Assembly (NCBI RefSeq): GCF_000145295.1
Contig: NC_014408.1
Location: 150,001-182,000 of the forward strand
DNA from: Methanothermobacter marburgensis str. Marburg
GTDB taxonomy: Archaea > Methanobacteriota > Methanobacteria > Methanobacteriales > Methanothermobacteraceae
Reading direction: 5' to 3'
DNA: 32,000 bases
Both the position numbers and the translations under genes were made by a program. Position 1 is the first letter of the stretch. Every line of letters starts with the position of its first letter. The notes under the pieces are model-generated. The model did no database searches. It saw only the letters and a list, made by a program, of their open reading frames with translations, and had not been told where the DNA came from. Of this stretch, positions 9,353 through 17,250 are shown piece by piece.

Positions 9353-11269
9353 ATGAGAGTCTTCACAACCTGCACAAGGGACTGTCCAGGCGCATGTGGT
9401 CTCACAGTCAGAGTTGAGGGGGGAGTGGTCAGGTCCATAGGTGGAAACAGAGGACATCCCCACAGCAGGGGATTTTTATGCAGAAAAACAGCCAGCTACC
9501 ACAGGACGAGGCTCTACTCAGATAAAAGGATCCTGAAACCCCTCATGAGGGATGGAAATCAGTGGAGGACCGTATCCTGGGATGAGGCTCTTCAAACAGT
9601 AGCTGATGTGATGAACAGATGTGTGGATGAATACGGCGCGGAATCCATAATCTACTATCAGGGATTCGGGGCAAGAACGGCCCTTAGACTTCTTAACAGG
9701 AGATTTTTCAATTCTCTGGGGGCAACAACCCTTGAGGGAACGCTCTGTGGAGGTACAGCTATAGAGGCCCATAAAATGGATTTCGGGAAAAGGGTATCCC
9801 ATGAACCACGCGACCACCTCAACAGCAGAAACATATTCATCTGGGGACGTAACCCGGCAGTTACCGACCTTAACCTCTGGAGGATAATAAGGAGGGCCCA
9901 GCGCAACGGGAAAACCATCGTCACAGTTGACCCTCTAAGGACCGAGACAGCAGCCAGAGCAGATATCCACTGCCAGATTAAACCTGGCACCGATATGTAC
10001 CTTGCAATTGCACTTTCAAAGATCATCGTGGAGGAGGGAATTCACGACCAGAAGTTTATGGATAATCATTCAGAGAACTCCGATGTCTACCTGAACGTCC
10101 TTGATGCCTTCAGCCTCTCTGAACTATCAGGGATCACAGGGATTCCCGAAAAAATGGTGTATGAACTTGCCTTCACCTATTCGGATGGTCCGAGCAGCAT
10201 AATCATTGGCTGGGGGCTGCAGCGGTACTTCAACTCCCACATAACCTGCAGGTTCATAGATGCACTCGCCGCCATATCAGGCAATATAGGGATCAGGGGA
10301 GGGGGCGTCAGCAGCGGATTTGATGAATACGGCGGTTTTGATGAATCGGTCTGCCTTGAAGACAGAAGAAAAATATCCATGCCGCTTTTTGGAAGGGACC
10401 TTGAGAATCTGGATTCACCAGAGGCAAAATGCGTCTTCATAACTGCAGGCAACCCGGTGAACCTGGGCCCTAATTCAATGAAAACCCTGAGTGCCCTCAG
10501 AAAAATGGATCTTGTGGTCATGGTCGACCACTTCCTCAACGACACATCATATGCTGCCGACATATTTCTTCCAGCAACAACCTTCCTTGAGGAAACAGAT
10601 CTGGTGGGCAGTTACGGCCACCCCTATATCTCTCCGGTAAATGCGGCAGTCAAGCCCTCAGGGGAATGCCGGTCAGAATTCTGGATTTTAAAGAGACTAT
10701 CAGAGTTCATGGGCCTTGATAACCTGGAGGGATCCCTAATGGAATGGCTTGAAATTATAGCAGCACCCCTCCTTGATTACCATGGAATAGAGATCCAGGA
10801 TCTTCTAAAAAGACCATACCGGGTGCCTGGAATTCCAGAGGTTCCATTTGAGGATTTCAAATTCTATACAGAGAGCAGAAGGTTCATCTTACCATCAGAA
10901 ATCCCCTCAGAGGTCGGAATTTCGGATGAAAAATCTCTTAGACTTTTAACAGTAATGAACTCTGAGTGGATAGGATCCAGAGAACCATATGATGAAGAGA
11001 AGCTACTGGAGGTCTTTATACATCCAGAGACCCTATTAAAAACAGGATTGGAAGATGGTGAAACCGTGACCCTTGAATCAGGTGCGGGCAGAACATGTGC
11101 AACTGTAAGGTCCTCTGATAAGGTGTATCCTGGATGCGCCCTGTCATTCAGGGGCACCTGGCTCTCAAGGGGCGGGTGTATAAATACCGTAATCGAGGAT
11201 GGAAAGACAGAGAGGGGCCATGGAACACCCTACCATGAGACCAGAATAAAAATTAAAAAGCGTCATTGA
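9353..11269 (+). CDS. Molybdopterin (MopB / DMSO-reductase superfamily) oxidoreductase, substrate unknown
   Basis: 638 aa. N-terminal C7-x3-C11-x3-C15-x27-C43 putative [4Fe-4S] motif. TLCGGTA sits at the expected Mo/W-ligand position. The C-terminus has a molybdopterin-binding beta-barrel-like region. The gene starts 10 nt after the nifX stop, on the same strand, with no terminator. Confidence 0.85.
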   Translation: MRVFTTCTRDCPGACGLTVRVEGGVVRSIGGNRGHPHSRGFLCRKTASYHRTRLYSDKRILKPLMRDGNQWRTVSWDEALQTVADVMNRCVDEYGAESIIYYQGFGARTALRLLNRRFFNSLGATTLEGTLCGGTAIEAHKMDFGKRVSHEPRDHLNSRNIFIWGRNPAVTDLNLWRIIRRAQRNGKTIVTVDPLRTETAARADIHCQIKPGTDMYLAIALSKIIVEEGIHDQKFMDNHSENSDVYLNVLDAFSLSELSGITGIPEKMVYELAFTYSDGPSSIIIGWGLQRYFNSHITCRFIDALAAISGNIGIRGGGVSSGFDEYGGFDESVCLEDRRKISMPLFGRDLENLDSPEAKCVFITAGNPVNLGPNSMKTLSALRKMDLVVMVDHFLNDTSYAADIFLPATTFLEETDLVGSYGHPYISPVNAAVKPSGECRSEFWILKRLSEFMGLDNLEGSLMEWLEIIAAPLLDYHGIEIQDLLKRPYRVPGIPEVPFEDFKFYTESRRFILPSEIPSEVGISDEKSLRLLTVMNSEWIGSREPYDEEKLLEVFIHPETLLKTGLEDGETVTLESGAGRTCATVRSSDKVYPGCALSFRGTWLSRGGCINTVIEDGKTERGHGTPYHETRIKIKKRH

Positions 11270-11327
11270 GGGTGAACTCACTGAATAATAGAGTTCAACA
11301 GATAGAGCTAAAATTAAAAAGGAGATC

Positions 11328-11420
11328 TCATGCAGGTTTCCTGTTGAGTAGATGGGCCATCAGACTCACAATTATAAATCCAGCCACTATGAGTGAAACT
11401 ATCTCTACCACAGCCAACAT
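11328..11420 (-). CDS. Unannotated 30-aa single-TM micro-protein (MLAVVEIVSLIVAGFIIVSLMAHLLNRKPA)
   Basis: Hand-translated from the minus strand and below the ORF-track size cutoff. The ATG at 11420 is preceded by GAGGTGA 5 nt upstream, and that SD overlaps the TGA stop of the upstream 94-aa ORF. The peptide has a hydrophobic helix followed by a basic tail (NRKPA). The stop is followed by CCTTTTTAATTTT. Confidence 0.5.
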   Translation of the reverse strand: MLAVVEIVSLIVAGFIIVSLMAHLLNRKPA

Positions 11421-11429
11421 CCAATCACC

Positions 11430-11714
11430 TCATTCATCAACAGCCTCAATTACGCATACCCCACCCTCACATTCGTGCTCCAGTTCGATGAGGTATTCCT
11501 TCAGCTTCTCAACGTCAATCGTTGTAAGACCCTTTATTAGGTCACTGTCTATCTTTATCTGTATGACGCCCGCGTTGTTGGTGACAACCTTTCCAGGAAT
11601 GTATACGCGGCCGAGGGATAGCCTCACAGTATCCCCTGGTTTAACCTCTTCCCTTATGTACCTGCAGAGTTCATCGCAGGTTGCAATTCTATTTTCCTTT
11701 TTCAAATAAATCAC
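11430..11714 (-). CDS. Hypothetical small cytoplasmic protein with C-x3-C and C-x4-C pairs
   Basis: 94-aa ORF with coding-like composition. The start is a GTG at 11714 or a TTG at 11705 preceded by AGGTGAT. The Cys pairs are CDELC and CEGGVC. I do not recognise the family with confidence. Confidence 0.6.
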   Translation of the reverse strand: MIYLKKENRIATCDELCRYIREEVKPGDTVRLSLGRVYIPGKVVTNNAGVIQIKIDSDLIKGLTTIDVEKLKEYLIELEHECEGGVCVIEAVDE

Positions 11715-11815
11715 CTTTGCCTCTGATTATATAGTCTTATGATCGTTATAAAATAAGTTTTACACCAGTCATGATGAGTTCCAGGGTCAGGGGTTCTAGT
11801 CCTATGAAATAGGGT

Positions 11816-13498
11816 TTACACCTCGTCAACATACATGAATTCCTTAAGTTCCATGAGCCCCTCAACGGCCTTTATCCTTATATCGATACCTGCCTCACGG
11901 ACAGCTGCAAGGGGATTCAGGCCTCCAGGGGTCACTATCCCCGCATGGTACTTCTCCACACGGGCGTTGTAGACTATCTCACTGGGTTTGCCAATTTTCA
12001 GTATGCTGAAACCTGCTTCTGATAGATCTTCAATGAGGTCTGTGGTGTGATCCCTTGCAAGGTAGGGCACCTCACGGAGACTTGCAAGTACCCTGCCCGG
12101 ACCATCAAGGGCTTCAAGAACTGCAGTCATATTCTTTGAAACGTAGATCTCATGGGGGTCCAGGGATGAGCCGCTGTAGGCTGTTAGCTCAACAAAGCGG
12201 GGATCCCTAACTCCAACCTCAAGGAGGCCCCCATACTTTGGTGTGGACATGATTCCGTTCTTTATGAGTATCCCGTCCAGGGTGAGGCTGCAGACAGTTG
12301 CAATTCCAGCCATTTCACCCTCATCCGTGATTCCTATAAGTGGCAGGGTTGAAAATTCGGGGCGCTTCCCCAGGACGTCACGTATGATCTCGAGGGCTTC
12401 ATCAAGATCCTCTCTTTTAACCAGGGATATGTTTGCAATTATCCTCCCAGAAAAATCCCTGTGGTTGAAATCAACCCTGTTTATGAGGTTCCAGGCCTTT
12501 GAAAGCAGGAATCTGACCCTGACACCCCTTTCAGGTGCAGATGCCATCAAACTCCCCTCAGGTTTTACGAGGGGTTCCAGGTTTCTGAAGTCAATGAGGT
12601 TCTCTGCCAGCTTGATCTCAGCCATGTAACCTGCCTCCTGTATTGCGCAGAGTGGAGTTATTCCTCCTATGATGGCAACCCCAACCATTCCATCAGCCAC
12701 AGGGACTCCTAGGACATCCTCCCCTGGATCGCCCACCTTGAGGACGCCTGATATATCGGCTCCCTCAAGTTTTCTGAAGAGTTTCATGGCCTCCTCCCTT
12801 GCGGTTCCAGGTATGAGACGGAGATTTGCAGGTACGGTCCCCTCTCCGTTTTCAATGACATCCAGAACTGAGGTCATGTTCTCGGATGTGAATGCCTCCA
12901 GGGGGGTCATAGATGTTTTCTTGTATGCTATGAGTTCCCTGAAGTTCACGGGCCTGCTCTCCTCGAACCTCACAAGCCCCCCAAACTGGGGTATTACAGG
13001 GATTCCATTCATGAGCAGAAGACCATCAACCGTTGTTCCGCAGATGGTACTTATTACAAACTCCCCATCGTGTTCTTCGAGCCTGACACGGGGGCTCAAA
13101 CAGAAACCGTTTTTCATAACATATTTCAGGGTTTCGATGGATTCAGGGGATATCCTTGATGTGTTTACAACCACCTTCCCCTCAAGGGTATCAGGGTTGA
13201 AACTTGTACGGTAGATCATACTCTCAAACTTTGAGAATATGAAGTCCACTTGGTCGTAGACGAGGCCACGGTTTATCTCCTGCAGCCCCTTTTCTGTTAT
13301 CCTTCTTCCGGCGTAACCAACCCTTTCTGTAAGGCCCTTTTCATCAAGTATGCGCATGTGGTATCTGACAGCACGTTCTCCTAGGTCGTAGCCCTTCTTT
13401 TTAAGTTCTGATGCTATTATCTTTGCCCCAAGGACGTCGTCGTGCTCTGCAAGGATCCTCAGGATCTCCATCATCTTCTGGTTGGTCTCTTCAGCCAT
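11816..13498 (-). CDS. nrpR: Nitrogen regulatory repressor NrpR (winged HTH plus two NrpR/DUF128 domains)
   Basis: The N-terminus, MMEILRILAEHDDVLGAKIIASELKKKGYDLGERAVRYHMRILDEKGLTERVGYAGRRITEKG, closely resembles M. maripaludis NrpR as I recall it. The roughly 560-aa length fits the two-domain form. I prefer the ATG at 13498 over the TTG at 13504. Confidence 0.85.
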   Translation of the reverse strand: MAEETNQKMMEILRILAEHDDVLGAKIIASELKKKGYDLGERAVRYHMRILDEKGLTERVGYAGRRITEKGLQEINRGLVYDQVDFIFSKFESMIYRTSFNPDTLEGKVVVNTSRISPESIETLKYVMKNGFCLSPRVRLEEHDGEFVISTICGTTVDGLLLMNGIPVIPQFGGLVRFEESRPVNFRELIAYKKTSMTPLEAFTSENMTSVLDVIENGEGTVPANLRLIPGTAREEAMKLFRKLEGADISGVLKVGDPGEDVLGVPVADGMVGVAIIGGITPLCAIQEAGYMAEIKLAENLIDFRNLEPLVKPEGSLMASAPERGVRVRFLLSKAWNLINRVDFNHRDFSGRIIANISLVKREDLDEALEIIRDVLGKRPEFSTLPLIGITDEGEMAGIATVCSLTLDGILIKNGIMSTPKYGGLLEVGVRDPRFVELTAYSGSSLDPHEIYVSKNMTAVLEALDGPGRVLASLREVPYLARDHTTDLIEDLSEAGFSILKIGKPSEIVYNARVEKYHAGIVTPGGLNPLAAVREAGIDIRIKAVEGLMELKEFMYVDEV

Positions 13499-13531
13499 CA
13501 GCAAACACCATATAAAAAATAGGGAGGGGGT

Positions 13532-13539
13532 TATTTAAA
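13532..13539 (-). promoter_or_regulatory. Candidate nrpR promoter TATA box
   Basis: The minus strand reads CTTTAAATAA. It lies 34 nt upstream of the nrpR ATG and just downstream of a T6 tract (13547-13552) that follows the glnA stop. Confidence 0.45.
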
Positions 13540-13558
13540 GTTTAATAAAAAAGGAGGG

Positions 13559-14887
13559 TTAGATGTCAAGGTATCTTTCAAGTTCGTACTTGAAGACCCT
13601 CACCCGGTAGTCGTCCCATTCCTTGTGCTTTATCTCCATGAACTTCTCATAGACATGGTCCCCGAGGGCTCCCTTGATGACATCGTCCTCCTCAAGGGCA
13701 TGGTATGCCTCCCAGAGACTTGATGGGAGGGTTTCGATTCCCATTTCCCTGAGTTCAGGAATGGATTTTTCGAATACATCGATTTCAGTTGGTTCGCCGG
13801 GGTCAATTCTGTTCTGTATACCGTTCATACCTGCTTCCAGCATGGCTGCAAATGCAAGGTAAGGGTTGCATGAGGGGTCAGGCATCCTCAGTTCCACACG
13901 TGTTCCCTTACCACGGGATGCAGGGATCCTTACAAGGGTTGACCTGTTTTTGAGGCCGTATGCGATGTACACAGGGGCCTCATAGCCTGGCACGAGCCTC
14001 TTGTAGGAGTTGACTGTCGGTGCACATACCGCTGATAGTGCCGGGGCATGCTTGAGGAGCCCTCCTATGAAGTACATGGCCTCTTCTGATAACTGGGTCT
14101 CGGTGTTGGGGTCGTAGAATACGTTTTCACCGTCCTTGAAGAGTGACTGGTGGCAGTGCATACCGCTACCGTTTTCACCGAAGAATGGTTTTGGCATGAA
14201 GGTTACCATGTAACCCATCTTGTCAACTATAGCCTTTATCGCCTGCTTGAAGGTTATGACGGCGTCTGCTGTTTTAAGTGCCTTGTCAAATTTGAAGTCT
14301 ATCTCATGCTGCCCTGGGGCGACCTCGTGGTGGCTTACCTCAACATCGAAGTCGAGGGCCTCCAGGTCCATCACGAGTTTTCTCCTGAAGTCTGTACCCT
14401 GGTCCACTGGTTCCACATCGAAGTATGCGCCGCAGTCGTGGGGTATTATGTTCCCATCCTCGTCCTGGTCCAGGATGAAGAATTCGGGTTCGGGTCCGAC
14501 GTTGTATTCGTAGCCCAGGTGGGCGTATTTGTCAAGGGTCCTTTTGAGCACGTACCTTGGGTCTCCCTCGAATGGTTTTCCCTCTGGCCAGTATATGTCA
14601 CAGATGAATCTGCAGACACCCTTTTCCTCTGGCCTCCAGGGGAGTGTTGAGAAGGTGTCAGGGTCTGGTTTGAGGACCAGGTCACTTTCGTTTATGTCGA
14701 CGAATCCCTCAATTGATGACCCATCAAAGAGGAGACCGTCCTTTATTATGTCCTCTATCTGGTCTGGCCTTACCAGGGGTATTGCCATGTTTTTTGGTTT
14801 TCCGTGTATGTCCACAAACTGAAGGCGGACGAATTTTACTCCGCATTCATCCATTTTAGCTATTATTTTTCCAATCTTATCTGACAT
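13559..14887 (-). CDS. glnA: Glutamine synthetase type I
   Basis: 442 aa of typical GSI sequence ([39 protein letters not shown]). SD GGAGG lies upstream of the ATG. Confidence 0.96.
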   Translation of the reverse strand: MSDKIGKIIAKMDECGVKFVRLQFVDIHGKPKNMAIPLVRPDQIEDIIKDGLLFDGSSIEGFVDINESDLVLKPDPDTFSTLPWRPEEKGVCRFICDIYWPEGKPFEGDPRYVLKRTLDKYAHLGYEYNVGPEPEFFILDQDEDGNIIPHDCGAYFDVEPVDQGTDFRRKLVMDLEALDFDVEVSHHEVAPGQHEIDFKFDKALKTADAVITFKQAIKAIVDKMGYMVTFMPKPFFGENGSGMHCHQSLFKDGENVFYDPNTETQLSEEAMYFIGGLLKHAPALSAVCAPTVNSYKRLVPGYEAPVYIAYGLKNRSTLVRIPASRGKGTRVELRMPDPSCNPYLAFAAMLEAGMNGIQNRIDPGEPTEIDVFEKSIPELREMGIETLPSSLWEAYHALEEDDVIKGALGDHVYEKFMEIKHKEWDDYRVRVFKYELERYLDI

Positions 14888-14923
14888 GGGTTATGCCTCC
14901 GTGGCATGAGATTAACTGTCACC

Positions 14924-14937
14924 GGAAGTAACTTTCC
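14924..14937. promoter_or_regulatory. NrpR-type operator (GGAA-N6-TTCC) in the glnA promoter
   Basis: GGAAGTAACTTTCC is a perfect GGAA-N6-TTCC match. It lies between the TATA box (14947-14954) and the predicted TSS (about 14924), 37-50 nt upstream of the glnA ATG. Confidence 0.7.
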
Positions 14938-14946
14938 TTCTACTGG

Positions 14947-14954
14947 TTTATATA
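14947..14954 (-). promoter_or_regulatory. glnA promoter TATA box
   Basis: The minus strand reads AAAAAATATATAAA (A-rich BRE plus TATA), about 60 nt upstream of the glnA ATG in a 78-bp intergenic spacer. Confidence 0.6.
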
Positions 14955-14965
14955 TTTTTTGGCCA

Positions 14966-15718
14966 TTATAGTTCAACAATTTTGAATGGTTCGCCCAGGA
15001 GCAGATCAAATTTCAGCATCTTCGGCGCGACTATTGGATCGCCCCTCCCGGTTATCAGTTTAAAAACCTCAGCCGCCTGCAAACACCCGGTAACATTGGC
15101 CACAGGCCCTATGACCGGCGGAGTTTCAGAGGATAGTTCTTTAAGCTTAGCCTTAACATCCCCTGTAAGGTCAAGACCCCTAGATGGTAGATTGAAAAGT
15201 TCCTCATAGGATGGAGAATCAGATGTGAAGACGCTCACCTGACCCATGGATCCATGTATGGCTCCGTGTATGAAGGGTATGCCCTCCTTGCTGCATCTTC
15301 TTGACGCCATGACCCTGGAGGTTATGTTATCAAGGGCGTCCACCACGGCGTCACTACCATCAATTATGGTTGGGGCATTTTTTTCCGTGAAACACTCATG
15401 AAATGCCTCAACATCAGCGAAGGGATTCACGGTCCTGATGCGTTCTGCTGCAACTTCAACCTTGGGGAGCTTAAGGGCGCTGAAACTGCTCATGAGCTGC
15501 CTGTTGATGTTTGAGACATCAAATACGTCGCTGTCTATTATCCGGATTCTGCCTATACCCATTCTCGCAAGCATCTCAACTGCAGCCCCACCTATACCAC
15601 CACATCCAATTACAGAAACAGTTGAATCCCTGAGCCTTAACTGTTCGGCCTTTGAAATGAAGCCCATCTGCCGGCTGACCATCTCCCAGTATGCCATACT
15701 CTCATATCTTCTAGGCAT
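14966..15718 (-). CDS. ThiF/MoeB/HesA-family E1-like adenylyltransferase
   Basis: 250 aa with the GCGGIGG dinucleotide-binding motif followed by D-x-D-x-V-x-x-S-N-x-N-R-Q. No C-x-x-C zinc motif and no rhodanese domain. SD GAGGG lies 5 nt upstream. Confidence 0.85.
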   Translation of the reverse strand: MPRRYESMAYWEMVSRQMGFISKAEQLRLRDSTVSVIGCGGIGGAAVEMLARMGIGRIRIIDSDVFDVSNINRQLMSSFSALKLPKVEVAAERIRTVNPFADVEAFHECFTEKNAPTIIDGSDAVVDALDNITSRVMASRRCSKEGIPFIHGAIHGSMGQVSVFTSDSPSYEELFNLPSRGLDLTGDVKAKLKELSSETPPVIGPVANVTGCLQAAEVFKLITGRGDPIVAPKMLKFDLLLGEPFKIVEL

Positions 15719-15863
15719 TCCAACCCTCTTTAAATCCTATCGCAGTATATGTATGTCACTGAATTATATTAATGATTTTTACAGGTTTTAGCGGTCACAT
15801 CATGACCCGGCACTGCATTGAAGTGGGTGGATGTGGCTTGCCGCATAAGAATAGGAGATTAAG

Positions 15864-15944
15864 TGGATTCGATAAATGACTGGTGATGTGGCCCTGAGGA
15901 CACTGAATAGCATAATTAACTGGACTCTGTAAATGACTGGTGAT
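15864..15944. repeat. Two 24-bp direct repeats, 57 bp apart, in an AT-rich spacer
   Basis: TGGATTCGATAAATGACTGGTGAT (15864-15887) and TGGACTCTGTAAATGACTGGTGAT (15921-15944). The 15-bp core TAAATGACTGGTGAT is identical in both. Confidence 0.7.
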
Positions 15945-15983
15945 ATATTGCTACCATAAAACAGATGATCATCAGCGTATAAT

Positions 15984-15990
15984 AAAAAAA
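15984..15990 (-). terminator. Oligo-T terminator downstream of the tRNA
   Basis: The minus strand reads CCACTTTTTTTATTATAC, with a T7 run 13 nt after the tRNA 3' end. Confidence 0.55.
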
Positions 15991-16002
15991 GTGGTTTCAA
16001 GA

Positions 16003-16111
<109 letters not shown>

Positions 16112-16139
16112 GTAGCTTATAAAAAATCAGTTTTCATCC

Positions 16140-16147
16140 AATTTAAA
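16140..16147 (-). promoter_or_regulatory. tRNA promoter BRE/TATA
   Basis: The minus strand reads GAAAAGTTTAAATT, about 30 nt upstream of the mature tRNA 5' end. It shares the 13-mer GAAAAGTTTAAAT with the nifH promoter. Confidence 0.6.
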
Positions 16148-16172
16148 CTTTTCTGTTAAACACCTGCGATGC

Positions 16173-17249
16173 ATGAAAGCCACCACGATGCAACCATTAT
16201 TACTGGGTGGTAACATAGATACAATCAGCCACTTGCAGTGGGGGAGGTCCATGCAGATCAGGGATCTTGATCTTTCAGAGGGTGCATGTGGTGCATGCCA
16301 CCGGGTACTCAGGCATCTCTCAGAGGAGGAATTCATCATTGAAACCTCAGAGTACCCTGAGGGCGTCAGGGCACGTATACTGGACCCCTCAGGAGAGCTG
16401 GCTGGAGAGGGTTCAGACATAACCTGGGCCCCGGCAGTTCTCGACGCACAGATAAACGCGGGCTTTATTGATGATGACCTTTCAGATGTCCTGAAACCAT
16501 TTCTTACAGATAAAAGGGACCAGAAGCGCGTTGCAGAAATGGCAGGGTATGGAAGGGTTGTCAACACAGCATCCATGGTTATATCACGGATATGGTCAGA
16601 GGGGGGGTCTGTTGAGGTTAAAAGGGATGGGGCAGGTATAAAGGTTGTTCTCTATTCCAAAAGTGGTGAAGAAACTGTATCCGCAGCCTCAGGGTTCTGC
16701 CCGGTCTGCGCAATCAACATAGCGGCTTCGAGGGTGGATTCACTGAGAAAGGAAATTGCCTCAGGAAGGTCCCGGAACACTGGAATGGAGAAATATGAGA
16801 GGGGGATCACCGGAAGACTTGAATGGAGGGGTAGGAGGGTTCACTCATATCTTATTGAGGATGGAAAGGTTATCGGAAGGAACTGGGGGTGCTGCATAGC
16901 ATATGCTACCATAAGGGCCGAAATCGATGCAGGATTTGGAAGCAGTAAGTGGAACAGGCTCTTCAGGAATTACTGTGACCTCTGCCCACTCAAACATTTC
17001 TGGCTTGACAGGTCCATGGGGGCCCTGGGCAACAGGATCCTCCACAGGATGGGCAGGGCAGGTGTAAGGGAAAATGTAAGAATGGAAGATTATATAACTG
17101 TGGATATCATATCTGGTGATGAGAGGGTTGCATGTGGTATAGGGACGCTATGCTCATTCAGTGCAACTGTAAATGCGCTTCTGAGGTCAGATGCTTCACT
17201 GATCCTGAAACCTGATCCTGCCGAAGGATTTCCATATCCCCAGCGTTGA
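16173..17249 (+). CDS. Cys-rich protein of unknown function with an apparent internal duplication
   Basis: 358-aa ORF. An alternative start at ATG 16251 is preceded by GGGGAGG, but only 3 nt upstream. Cys motifs: CGAC, CPVC, GCC, CDLC, CGIGTLC. The halves share AQINAGF / AEIDAGF and CPVCAINIAASRVDSL / GTLCSFSATVNALLRSD at similar spacing. Its stop lies 1 nt before the next gene's start. Confidence 0.7.
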   Translation: MKATTMQPLLLGGNIDTISHLQWGRSMQIRDLDLSEGACGACHRVLRHLSEEEFIIETSEYPEGVRARILDPSGELAGEGSDITWAPAVLDAQINAGFIDDDLSDVLKPFLTDKRDQKRVAEMAGYGRVVNTASMVISRIWSEGGSVEVKRDGAGIKVVLYSKSGEETVSAASGFCPVCAINIAASRVDSLRKEIASGRSRNTGMEKYERGITGRLEWRGRRVHSYLIEDGKVIGRNWGCCIAYATIRAEIDAGFGSSKWNRLFRNYCDLCPLKHFWLDRSMGALGNRILHRMGRAGVRENVRMEDYITVDIISGDERVACGIGTLCSFSATVNALLRSDASLILKPDPAEGFPYPQR

Positions 17250-17250
17250 G

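Noticed and set aside
11266-11709. 147-aa plus-strand ORF immediately after the MopB gene
   Set aside because: It is a low-complexity Ser/Thr/Ile-rich translation with no SD. It lies exactly antisense to the 94-aa ORF and the micro-ORF, both of which have SD sequences and sensible composition. It is a shadow ORF.
12243-13214. Plus-strand ORFs antisense to nrpR (12243-12629 and 12669-13214)
   Set aside because: The composition is Ser/Pro/Thr-rich antisense-shadow sequence with no SD, and both lie entirely inside a well-supported gene. Similar shadow ORFs were rejected at 895-1236, 3149-3706, 6100-6555, 8766-9326, 14150-14650 and 23556-24092.
15800-16000. 66-aa minus-strand ORF in the ThiF-like / tRNA spacer, with a repeated SPVIYR peptide
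   Set aside because: The repeated peptide is simply the translation of the 24-bp DNA direct repeats. The ORF starts inside the tRNA oligo-T terminator, has no SD, and lies in AT-rich non-coding-like sequence.
15781-16002. Possible C/D-box sRNA next to tRNA-Met
   Set aside because: Only degenerate boxes are present (GTGATGT, CTGATGA, several CTGA). Their spacing does not fit the C, 12-nt guide, D', C', 12-nt guide, D layout on either strand.
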